Assembly: GCA_003344405.1 (NCBI GenBank)
Contig: NOWV01000118.1
Coordinates: 62,001 to 126,000, forward strand
Reading direction: 5' to 3'
Source: Trichoplax sp. H2
Lineage: Eukaryota
Length of the DNA: 64,000 bases
A program made the position numbers and the translations under genes. Position 1 is the first letter of the stretch, and every line of letters starts with the position of its first letter. Positions 1 to 18,500 of this stretch are shown piece after piece. The notes under the pieces are model-generated. The model did not search any database and was not told where the DNA came from. It worked only from the letters and a program-made list of their open reading frames with translations.

Positions 1-2596
1 AAGAAAAGTGTTTTAGCATCCATTAGAATATTGACACACAAATGCGCAGATACTGATTCTATTATGTTATAAATTAATTTATAAACGTGGTTATCACATT
101 GCAAGTAAACTATTTCAACTGGAATTATTGTCGGATCTTTTAGACTTTTGATTTTTGCATGACACGGTAAAAATACTTTTTTTTTCAAGACTACATTCTC
201 CTATGATTTGTGTACCGTATGCAGTTACTACAGAATGGAACATCGATACGGTAATTTCTTATATTAGAGCAGTTGCTTACCAAGATCATCACCATCGCGT
301 CGAGCTATGGTCAAAAATAAAATATGTATTAGTATTTTCTTGTATGATGAGAATCATAGTATCTCATTCATGATGAATAGATATCGCTATTTCCTCTTCG
401 GCAATGCATTGACTCAACGTACTATAGTACAGTATTGGCAAAGGTCTTTTGTAAATTTGTTGACGGAATACTTTAACAATGTTTAGGATGAAAAGTAACG
501 GATAGCTTTTGTATCTACTGTACTGTACAGTACAGCTACAGTGAATAATATCATTACAGGAGCAAATATAGCTTCATCAGAAAGACACGCTAAATTACAG
601 TAATAGATGAATCATTAATTATTACAGCGATTAATATTCAATTAGAAACATATTATTGAATGCTGTACTTACAGCGAGGAAGAGCTTTATATTTGGCCAT
701 AGCACAAGGCAATAAGGAGGCAAGGCAAGCTGCGTATATTGATAAGAAGTAAGAATTATACATATTGCCTATGTCCATTTGATGCAAAGAAGCCTACAAA
801 GTGGCGGAATCCAAATGGAAACTACAACTCTACAATGTGCTCGATGACGTTGAATTATGAATGGATGATACTACCCAAGATTGATTCATGTCTGAAATTA
901 AATATACTTGTACTTGTACTCGTAGGCATGTTGTCTGCTAACGACTTGAGCTCTCCATTGATCATGATCATTTGAGCGAGCGTCAGCAATCGCTATTGGC
1001 TAGCTAGTGCAAGGATTGCTTTCAAGGAGAATACAGACAGTATGCACTATCTTGGCTGATGTTTTACCTTTCCATTGGAGATGGTTCATCTTAGGATAGA
1101 GTCGTAACAATATTTGCTAGTATTAAAAGGACAAACCCATCCGCTGCAAGATCGACTGTTGTTGAAGTGCTTTTCCCTTAATCGTTGGCAAAACCAACTC
1201 ATTCCCATCACTACTATACGGTGTCCAGAACAGTCCGACCTGGCACTATCCTGTACTGCGCTGCAAGTGGAGAGAGTGCGCAAAATCGGTACGACTTACC
1301 GACTGGTACCGGCGCTAGTCTACTGCGATACTGTTCATTGGTCAAGCGTCCCATTGACTCGTCCACTACCAATGTTAACCTACTGTATGATGCGCGATAG
1401 TAGCCGTTGATAGGCAATCTTGGCCGCTTTGTTTTCATGTCTAAATATTTTTTTTTTTTTTGCATGACAGGCTGATCACTGAAGATTTTCTATTTACTTA
1501 TCACAATATCTTCCGTTAGGAAGATGGCAAGCAAGTTCAATATGTACTCCATTGATATTTACAGGTAGGGTTGTGCTGTCGTTGGAGTAGGCCAAGTAGT
1601 GCGTGTCTCTTGTTTCTTTCTACAAGTGCTACAGTATCCATATCCATTCAAGGTTACAAGGATGGCCGAATAGGCGTTTTTCTTGTAAATTGATCAATTG
1701 TCTGCATACTTGATCAAATTGCCGTAAAAAAGAAATACCGTGTGCTGTTGTAACCATGATAATCATGTGCAATGCAGTCTGTATCATTACTGAATTGGCT
1801 TTTGCTACGTGATTCTTGTAACAATAGTTTAATCAAGGCGTAGACTGGATTATCATTCTCATTCTTCTTCTTTTTTCTATTTCTGTACTCGTACTGGATA
1901 TCGTTTCTGCCGTTCAATCAATGCAATCGGTTTAAATCATCGGTTTAATGATGTTATGATGATTGGATGAAAATCATTTAAACTGCTCCTCTTGTGCACT
2001 TTACTCACTACAGTATAGCAAAAGACATGGTGCATTCAAGTATTTGCTTCTATCTTGGTCACCATGTCATGAACAAGTGAATAAAGTTGGACATGTTGGT
2101 CGAAGAAGCGATGACGAAAAAGAATTTTTGATTTGCAGACAATACCCCGCAGTACTATGGATATTTGTTACTGTTTGCAACAAGAGATCGACAGCGCTAT
2201 GGCGATACTTGTTCCTTACGTCCGATGACTACGATAGACTGTACTATGGCGTTGTGTATGCAAATAGAGCGGCAAAGGACATGCTCTCCATAGATCGGGT
2301 TCATCTTACTGTCAAGTAGGTCACATTGCTACAATATGCAACACTTACCGTAAGCAAATAACATTAGCTGTGAGTATGCCATAATTGTGGAATGTTGGAG
2401 TCAATTTTGCCACTGGCTCTGGTTGGTGTTTTGGCGTCAATAGGACGAGCGATCTAGTTATCCAATGGAGACAAAAGTAGCATTGATATTGACACTAGCA
2501 TAATTGTCCATTCAAGTCAAAAAGATGACAAAATAGAGCAGTAGACACAATATACATGGATAGTGGTTGCTTACCAGTTGGCTACTAGCTTGTGTG

Positions 2597-4722
2597 AGAA
2601 AGTTGGTTTATTTTGGCAAGTTTTTCCAGGCCTACATGAATCCAGATGAGTCCAATAACAACTAGCTGCAAGCCAGCGGCGACTATTTCTCGATGTCGGG
2701 TATGGGTGGATGTGGTCACTGCGATCAGCGTACTGTACTCTACAGTATATCGATTGATACTGTCCGTGTTGTGAAAACTTGCTCCAGTACAGTCCATTGT
2801 ACTGTACAGCGGCGACTCCTTGGATGTTCACTGTAGCGTGTACACTGTAAACGTACAGTACAGTACAGTATACTGTACTGCAAACGTGAGATCAGTTCGG
2901 TTCAATCTCTTTATGATCTACTGTACACTGTACAGTACAGTACAGTACGACAGTACAGTACAGTACAGTACAGTACAGCACTGTACCGTACTGTACACTC
3001 AATGCACTGTACTCTACTGTACTGTACTTTGCACTGATCATGAGCGTGCGCACTGTACTGTAACGGACAGGACAGAGAAGTGGTGGGGGAAAAAAGGCTT
3101 TACAGTACAGTATTTCCTTCAATGGATTGGATTGATTGACTGGGCAGCAACCTACTTGTAACAGGATAGTGTATGATGCCTGCCAAAGTGTTGTAAAATG
3201 CAGTATGCTGAATGAAGAATGCTGCTGATGATTGTATTCAATATATTTGTAATAAACCAAGGCAAAAATAAGAATTCAATTCTACTGGATATGATGATCA
3301 ACAACTTGAAATCAACAATACAGTACAGTACAGTACACAAAGGCACAACACCACCATCTCTCTTGACATTGTATTGTAGATGCCAAGATAAACACTGTAC
3401 AGTACAGTACAGTACTGTACTGTACTGTACTGGTCTGAGAAAGGTTCGGTTGGGTTCAATACCTTGATGGTCTAGACTCTAGATGTACTGTACACTGTAG
3501 TCCCTGTCCACATCCATGTCAGCACTACAGTATACTGTACAGTACATACTACGATCGTACTCTGTACAGTTGTCCGTCTGTTCGCTACTAGGTCCCAATC
3601 GTCATTTTACCCCTGAGAGAAAGTAAAATGGCAGTCAAAATGAGTGATGCACGACACACATTGACTGCTTTCATCATTTTTATTGACAGAGGATTGAATG
3701 GTTGNNNNNNNNNNNNNNNNNNNNAGAAAGTTGGTTTATTTTGGCAAGTTTTTCCAGGTCTACATGAATCCAGATGAGTCCAATAACAACTCGCTGCAAG
3801 CCAGCGGCGACTATTTCTCGATGTCGGGTATGGGTGGATGTGGTCACTGCGATCAGCGTACTGTACTCTATATCGATTGATACTGTCCGTGTTGTGAAAA
3901 CTTGCTGCAGTACAGTCCATTGTACTGTACAGCGGCGACTCCTTGGATGTTCACTGTAGGGTGTACTGTACACTGTAAACGTACAGTACAGTACGTACTG
4001 TATACAGTACAGTACGACAGTACAGCACTGTACTGTACACTCAATGCATTGTACTCTACTTTGCACTGATCATGAGCGTGCGCACTGTACTGTAACGGAC
4101 AGGACAGAGAAGTGGTGGGGGGAAAAAAGGCTTTACAGTACAGTGTACTGTACTAGTACAGTATTTCCTTCAAAGGATTGGATTGATTGACTGGGCAGCA
4201 ACCTACAGTACTTGTAACAGGATAGTATATGATGCCTGTCAAAGTGTTGTAAAATGCAGTATGCTGAATGAAGAATGCTGCTGATGATTGTATTCAATAT
4301 ATTTGTAATAAACCAAGGCAAAAATAAGAATTCAATTCTACTGGATATGATGATCAACAACTTGATATCAACAATACTGTACACAAAGGCACAACACCAC
4401 CATCTCTCTTGACATTGTATTGTAGATGCCAAGATAAACACACTGTACTGTACTGGTCTGAGAAAGGTTCGGTTGGGTTCAATACCTTGATGGTCTAGAC
4501 TCTAGATGTACACTGTAGTCCCTGTCCACATCCATGTCAGCACTACAGTACAGTATACTGTACATACTACGATCGTACTCTGTACAGTTGTCCGTCTGTT
4601 CGCTACTAGGTCCCAATCGTCATTTTACCCTTGAGAGAAAGTAAAATGGCAGTCAAAATGAGTGATGCACGACACACATTGACTGCTGTCATCATTTTTA
4701 TTGACAGAGGATTGAATGGTTG
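2597..4722. repeat. Direct duplication of ~1.0-1.1 kb (2597-3704 and 3725-4722) either side of a 20-N gap; probable uncollapsed haplotypes or recent tandem duplicate
   Basis: Both copies begin agaaagttggtttattttggcaag and end ggattgaatggttg. They differ by a few substitutions, by 5-bp CAGTA/CTGTA indels and by one larger deletion in copy 2. Confidence 0.9.
3705..3724. other. Assembly gap (20 N)
   Basis: Run of n characters. Confidence 0.99.
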
Positions 4723-5399
4723 GTTTAAAAGGTTTCTTTCATCTCAACGTCCTCTCTTTGGATTCATTAAAAGGGTCTCTGCCCATCGTGGAACCCCTCC
4801 CTGCGCTGGTGAAGATTCGGCGTCCTTGTTTACTACTGTACTGTACTGTACAGTATGGACAGTCCAGTGCTGTCTGCGGTACAGTACAGTACAACCACAA
4901 CACCGTCCTGTACTGTAGTAGTAAAATCATCAACATGATCGATCATCGATGCCACCCAGAGCGATTTGCTCTTTCCTCGAGTGTTGACTGTAAGGGCAAG
5001 GAAAAGAAAATAGGAATAATATTTTTTCTAGCGCTTTCAATCATAGACTGCATCATGTGTAGTGTAGCGCCAACAGTGCTTAAACGGAGCAGTATCGGTC
5101 AGTATGGTGAAGAAGAAACGGTCAGAGCAGAACTGATGTCAGCGAACTCGAAGCCATTGCATGGCTTTACGGTAACTACATGACCGGTGTCCGCTGTATC
5201 ACTGTACTGTACAGTGTACAGTGTACAGTACGTAGCCTAGTCCACTCTGACTACCTATCGTATCATCATGCTACCGGACCGGACCGGAACGGCCAGTCTC
5301 GTCCGCAGTACGTTACGGTACCATTTGGCTCCGTTGATTGACTGTAGGAGTGTAGGCTGACCGTTACCGTTGGTCAACTCACCACGGCGTGGAGGACCG

Positions 5400-5860
5400 T
5401 TGACGCATTTGCAGTACTAGACGTTGGTATTGTACACTGTACTGTAGAGTCCACTGTCTTACAGTACTGTACTGTAACGCATTTGTACTAGACGTTGGTA
5501 TTGTACAGTATGTACTGTACAGTACTGTAGAGTCCACTGTCTTACAGTACAGTACTGTACTGTACTAGAGTCCCTGTCTTATAGTACTGTACTGTACTGT
5601 ACTGTAACGCATTTGAAGTACAGTACTGTACTGTACAGTACAGTACTAGACGTTGGTATTGTACAGTGTACTGTAGAGTCCACTGTCTTACAGTACTGTA
5701 CTACAGTCCCTGTCTTACAGTACAGTACAGTGTACTGTACTAGAGTCCCCTGTCGTGTCGTACTGTACTGTACTGTACAGTACGAGAGTCCCCCGACGTT
5801 GGTACTGTACAGTACTACAATCCCCTGTACTGTAGAGTCCCTGTCTTACAGTACTGTACT
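5400..5860. repeat. Minisatellite of two alternating units (tagagtcc(a/c)ctgtct and aacgcatttg..tagacgttggtattg) interleaved with TACAG/TACTG runs
   Basis: agagtcc units recur about 7 times (near 5446, 5529, 5567, 5675, 5742, 5785, 5834). gacgttggta recurs about 4 times (near 5420, 5491, 5649, 5795). Confidence 0.8.
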
Positions 5861-8071
5861 GTACAGTACTGTATTGTACTGTACCAGGGTCGACTGTCAT
5901 GCCCTACAGTACAGTACAGTACAGTCCCCCCCCCAAGTTGGTACTGTACTACAGTGCGATCGCCGCCTACAACCACTGGCTATCCAGGCACCAAAGCAAG
6001 CGCGTCAAGCGATACTGGTGGGTGAAGCGAGTGACGTTGAGTCTTCTTTCTTCCAAGCTCTTCAAGCTCTTAATTGATTTCCAATTCAATTCCGCCGTGG
6101 CAACCATCGCAAAAATCAATTCTTCCATCTTTCTTGGTGTCTATTTGCTGGGAAAAATTGCATCGATTTTATCGTTGATGATCCAGTGGTGAGTGATTGC
6201 ACTAATATAGTATCCATTGATTGGCCAGGCCAAGAGGAACTATCCTAAGCATCATAGCCATCATCCAATCTGCAGGCCTACGTCTTGGTCCTGCTTGTTT
6301 GTTTGCAAGAGGATCATTTTCAATCCAAAGTCAATCAAACACATTTGGATTAAGCGATCGAGGTATCCAATCGTTCAGCTTGACATCATCTTCATCTTTT
6401 TCAATTTCCACTTGGCTAAGGTAATACAGGAAGAAGAGAGACAGATAAAATTGACCAAAGTCTGCTTGGGAGAATCTTCCATTACCGTCGTTGGAGAAAC
6501 CATCGATCCAGTTCCATTTACAACGTTCTACTCCACTTGTAGGATACGGTAATCCATTGCAGAGTAGACTTCTTTTTTCTTTTTTTTTCTACTGTACTCG
6601 ATCCTTTTGCCAGGAGAATATATTATTCCCTCCCCATGCCTACTTCCAATTCATGTTGATACAAGACCATCATCAATTTTTTCTCCCCTTCTTGATGGTC
6701 ATTGCAACATCATTCAATTCACCAACATCCAATCATCATCAACTTCCTTTCGCTTTTTATGTCGCTACGCTAAAAGATCATCCTAACCAGTGGAATGGAA
6801 GAAAATCAACAACTGCCATCAGACTGGCGATGCTTTCACTCATCAAGTCATCACTGCAATCACTTTGTCTTGTCTTGATTTGATCATCAAGCATTGACTC
6901 AGTGCAACCACAAATCTTCCAATACTTGTTCAATTTAATAGCATCCAGCAAGAACGGATCGTTTCCCCTTCTCCAATTCTACCTTTTCAATATTCCAATC
7001 ATCCATGGAGAAGTTAGTCTAGGTGTAAAATACTCGTAGCATTGCAACAAATCATCCCATTTCTCATCACCACAGGCCACCAACTTGCCTTACCTGTAGA
7101 TCCATTTCCATACTTGCTTGATCATTGAATCAGCTTCGATCAGCCTTATTATACGCCACCAATGACAATGAGTCTAACCTAAGCTATAGTAAGTTTGGGG
7201 GAAAAGCCATTTTCTCATTTCTTGTATTTTAAGACACTTTTTGAATTCAACTGATCGATACAGTCGATCAATAAGTTCATGCCATTGAAGAACGGCTGTA
7301 CTTTATTTTTTCCTGTTCTTACCGCATTATTTTCACAAAAAGAATCGGAAGGAAAGTCGAGTAGACTACAGCTTTACCGGTAGGATGAGTAGTCAGTGAG
7401 TGGCTATCCTTTTCATTTTGTCAATCATTTTATCATATCGTTGAAGAATGAAAAATAGCCATGGCTATTTTCCATCACCCTACAAACGTCTTGTTAATCA
7501 TACCCAACCAACCAGTAGAGAGATGATCGCTTTGCAAATTGCAACAAACTAATTCAAGTTCTCATCGTGCCGACAGGATGATGTACAGTGTTAATCGCTA
7601 GAGTAATACTATGGCCAGTATTACTCTAGCGTTGTATAATGAACTTTCTAGCTTCATTAAAATATCCTAATCCGGTATTATGGCCTTTCGTAATGCGCCA
7701 TCGATGGACAGTCATTCAGCCATCGCATATGTTGCTATAGGCTTGCGATCAATACATTGGGGATAGTGTTTTCAACGTGGATCGTCTACAGCAAGAATCA
7801 AGCTAGAATGTAGACTATTCCAACATGCAAAAGTAATCTTGTCCACCTAGTAATCACCATGTTGCATACAGTTGAATAAACGGCTACATTGGTCAACATC
7901 TGTGCCTCCTAGTCGATGCTACTTAAATCCATTGAAAACTACCCTACATCATTCTAGACTTAATAATTTATTGATGCTTTCTATTCCGTTGTAAAGTCAA
8001 GAGGACAATGTAAACTGATGTTAATGCTATATCAATAATAATAATACTTTATATTATTACAGGCAGCCAAA

Positions 8072-15525
<7,454 letters not shown>

Positions 15526-18500
15526 GAAAGGAATTCAATTTTATTTTACTTTTGACTATAAGAAGCAAACATGGATAGATTTTAATTAAAGACAGTAAGC
15601 AATGTATAAAAAGATGCCTGGTAGACTTTAATATGTACTGTTGTGCACAATATTTATGTACAAAGTTATGTTCTTGTATCGCTATGTATAGGAAGCGATA
15701 AATAATTTTTAGGTAATTAAAATAGTTTGTCGTAAACTGTGTTAGTTTTCACTATAAACAAAATCATTGTTGTCATACCTAAGATTTATATCCATCCATA
15801 AATGCATCAATCTGACACAAGAGCATTTTGACCATGGTCGTATCGCGATTTATATTGGAGAAATAATTAGGATATAGTTTCTAAAATTATAATGAGCACC
15901 TTTGCACATTATTTGAAATTACAAATTATCTAAATTTTAAATTTTTGATGCCTAGATAGATGGCTTGTACAGAATGTGACTTTTATCGTGACTTTTTATT
16001 GTATGAAGTCTTTTTAGAACTTACAGTTTGTGAACTAGGCATACGAACTCAATACTGTAAAAAAACGCATGCCAGGTGTGTGCGCTTTTAGTTGTTATTT
16101 CTTGCAGTGTAAAGTATAACCGAATGCCAACGATATTTTGGCTTTTTCAGACTTTTGTTCTTATTGAGTTTTTGTGTTATATTAGTTATGAGAGATGTTT
16201 ACAGAATGAATTTGTTGTAATATTAATATTCATGAAGTGTCGCTATGGTTATCAAAGATGTAGTTAAGCAATTGCTATACTACGGTTATGCATAATTTCC
16301 ATACCGGAATATTTTTATATTAATAGGATGTACTATATTTATTTGATGACAGCAACACTCTTTAAGGCAGAAGATAGTAATCGTAACTGATAATAGAAAA
16401 TTTAAAATAAAAATACAATTCTAAGCGGTATAAAAATGTTAATGATTTATATAGTACTATTAAGGTAATGCTAGTGTAACTAAGAATATTGTATACGTTA
16501 TCGTTAAACCTTAATTATTTAATCGATTAACTGCATCATTATATATTGAAAGTAACTTTACTGTTCAATTGAGATGATAAATCTAACTTGTTATAAACTG
16601 TTACGTAGTATTAATTGGTTGGATATGTACTAATCGCTATTATGGACATTATTTTTTTTAATAAAAAATACAAATTTTATCGATATATCAACTATGCCGA
16701 GCTTGGAGATATACCGGTGATGAATAAGTACTTTAACATTTATCCAAATTCATGCTCAAAGTTGTAACATAGGGAAAATTAATGCAGCTTTCTATGCCAA
16801 ATAGCATTAATTATAATTGAGGAAATTGTGTATAGGGTCAGTTTAAAAATTTCATCATGTAGCATTTTCTATTATACTCCATAATCAGTACGTGGATAAA
16901 CATCACCATAACCGCGTTAATTATCATAACAGGCTCAATAAAGTTAATAGCATCATCTAATTGAAGCTAAGGCTTTGCTATTAACCTCTAACAAAGATAA
17001 ATGGGCAATCACGCAGATATATTTATCAATCGTGATAAATCTGAAGTACACCGACAGCAACAAGATATGTTTGCTTCAAAAATAGAGTAAAAGTTAAAGG
17101 TGTATCCCGTAATAAGCGATATATGATATCTTAGTTCCCGATCTAGAACCTTTTAATTTTACTAATTAAACGAAATTCTGCATTATCTATTAATAGCTTT
17201 GCTACATTTTACTTAAGTACAAGCACATATATCTAATAGAATCGAATCAAGAATAGAAACGATTAATATGCAGTTACATCACGAAGCTATTCTTACTTTA
17301 TCGAAGTTATTAATAAAGAATTCAAGGCTGTGACGGATTTACTACCTTTTAAATGTCTATTCTGTAGAAAATAATGCTGACTTACTGCATTTCTAAGTAC
17401 TTTAGGGCTTAGATTTTGGAATTATTCCTGATAACCTATTCAATTGCTTCAGTCATTCATTTAGCTGCAGAAAAATTTCCAGTTTATTAATTCCATGCAG
17501 TTTAAATATTATACAGGATCGTATTGATTACGAACGTTATAATATCTAAATCGCAATTTCTAGATGTAGCTATTGCCGTTGTATTTTTCAATTATGACTC
17601 ATTAATATTGCCTATTGTACTTAATTGCTTAGTTAAACTTTGTTATTATTATGGTTACTATTTTTCTTCTCCTTTTCTACCTTTCAATGAATGTATTCCT
17701 CATTCTATTACTTTTTACTTCGTTCATATATTAGTAGATTTTATTCTTTTTCTCTTACCCGATTTATAAATATCACCATTTCAGATATGAATAGCTATAA
17801 ACATAGATGCATAACATAAATTCTGGCAATAGCCATCGATTAAATGAAATGGTAAGAATAACATATTTTTTAAGAAATGAAAAATCTCAGTTAACATTCA
17901 ATTAAATAGGATTTAGTAAGCCACAGATTTATTTGATTAAAGAATAAAATTTCTAAAGAAGAACAGCAGTATTGTGCGATATCTGTGTGAATTGCAATTA
18001 ATAACATATGCCAGGTTTCCACATTATCAAGATAAAATTTTTCACCTTGGTAGTAAGATATTAATTTCGTTTGATAGGTTGTATCTTTGAAGAAATGATT
18101 GTTGAAATATAACGAAGATATAATTAATAATATGAGATGAAAGTGCGGCACTGATTGCCAATTATTCGAATGCATCTATCACTTCGATATAGTTTATGCG
18201 ATTAATTGAATAATAAAATTATCGAAACAAAGCATAAACTTAAATTTAATTCCATTTAATTTTAACATGAAAAGATAGCTGCAATGCAGCGGATTGGTGA
18301 AATTGTAATAACCTTTACTTATTTCATAATGCAACTTCCTATTAATCAGTGATGCATACGAAGATTATTATTAATTTTCTTTATATGATATACTGAGAAA
18401 TTGTATTTTATATTGACATTTTATGCATTATGTTTTATCGTAAATTGTTACAGTAATTTGGATCGAAAAAAATGATAGTCTTGACGTTATAGAAGGAGAT

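Larger units (their letters stand above)
2730..5955. repeat. Dense field of interspersed (TACAG)n/(TACTG)n units in mixed orientation; putative nested Tc1/mariner excision footprints
   Basis: Dozens of TACAGTA/TACTGTA, TACACTGTA and TACAGTGTA motifs interrupt otherwise unique sequence. They are densest at 2840-3030, 3310-3560, 3960-4160, 4830-4920 and 5410-5955. They generate the spurious YSTVQ/VLYCT ORFs in the ORF track. Confidence 0.9.

Noticed and set aside
5400-5950. Repeat-spacer appearance suggestive of a CRISPR array
   Set aside because: Eukaryotic context, no cas genes, and the 'spacers' are themselves repeated; it is a minisatellite plus pentamer runs.
2571-6192. Many ORFs rich in YSTVQ/VLYCT (e.g. 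2820-3161, 2892-3260, 3680-4066, 5613-6077)
   Set aside because: They are translations of the stop-poor TACAG/TACTG pentamer runs and are open on both strands; no domain similarity.
1397-6225. Identical hexapeptide PINGYY in minus-strand translations at ~1397-1414 and ~6208-6225
   Set aside because: No similarity extends on either side, and a single 6-residue match is expected by chance among six-frame translations of this length.
6320-6385. Minus-strand NDWIPRSLNPNVFD*LW resembling the Tc1 transposase WPxxSPDLNPIExLW motif
   Set aside because: Only a partial match; the catalytic E/D and a properly spaced upstream DN motif are absent, and I found no TIRs.
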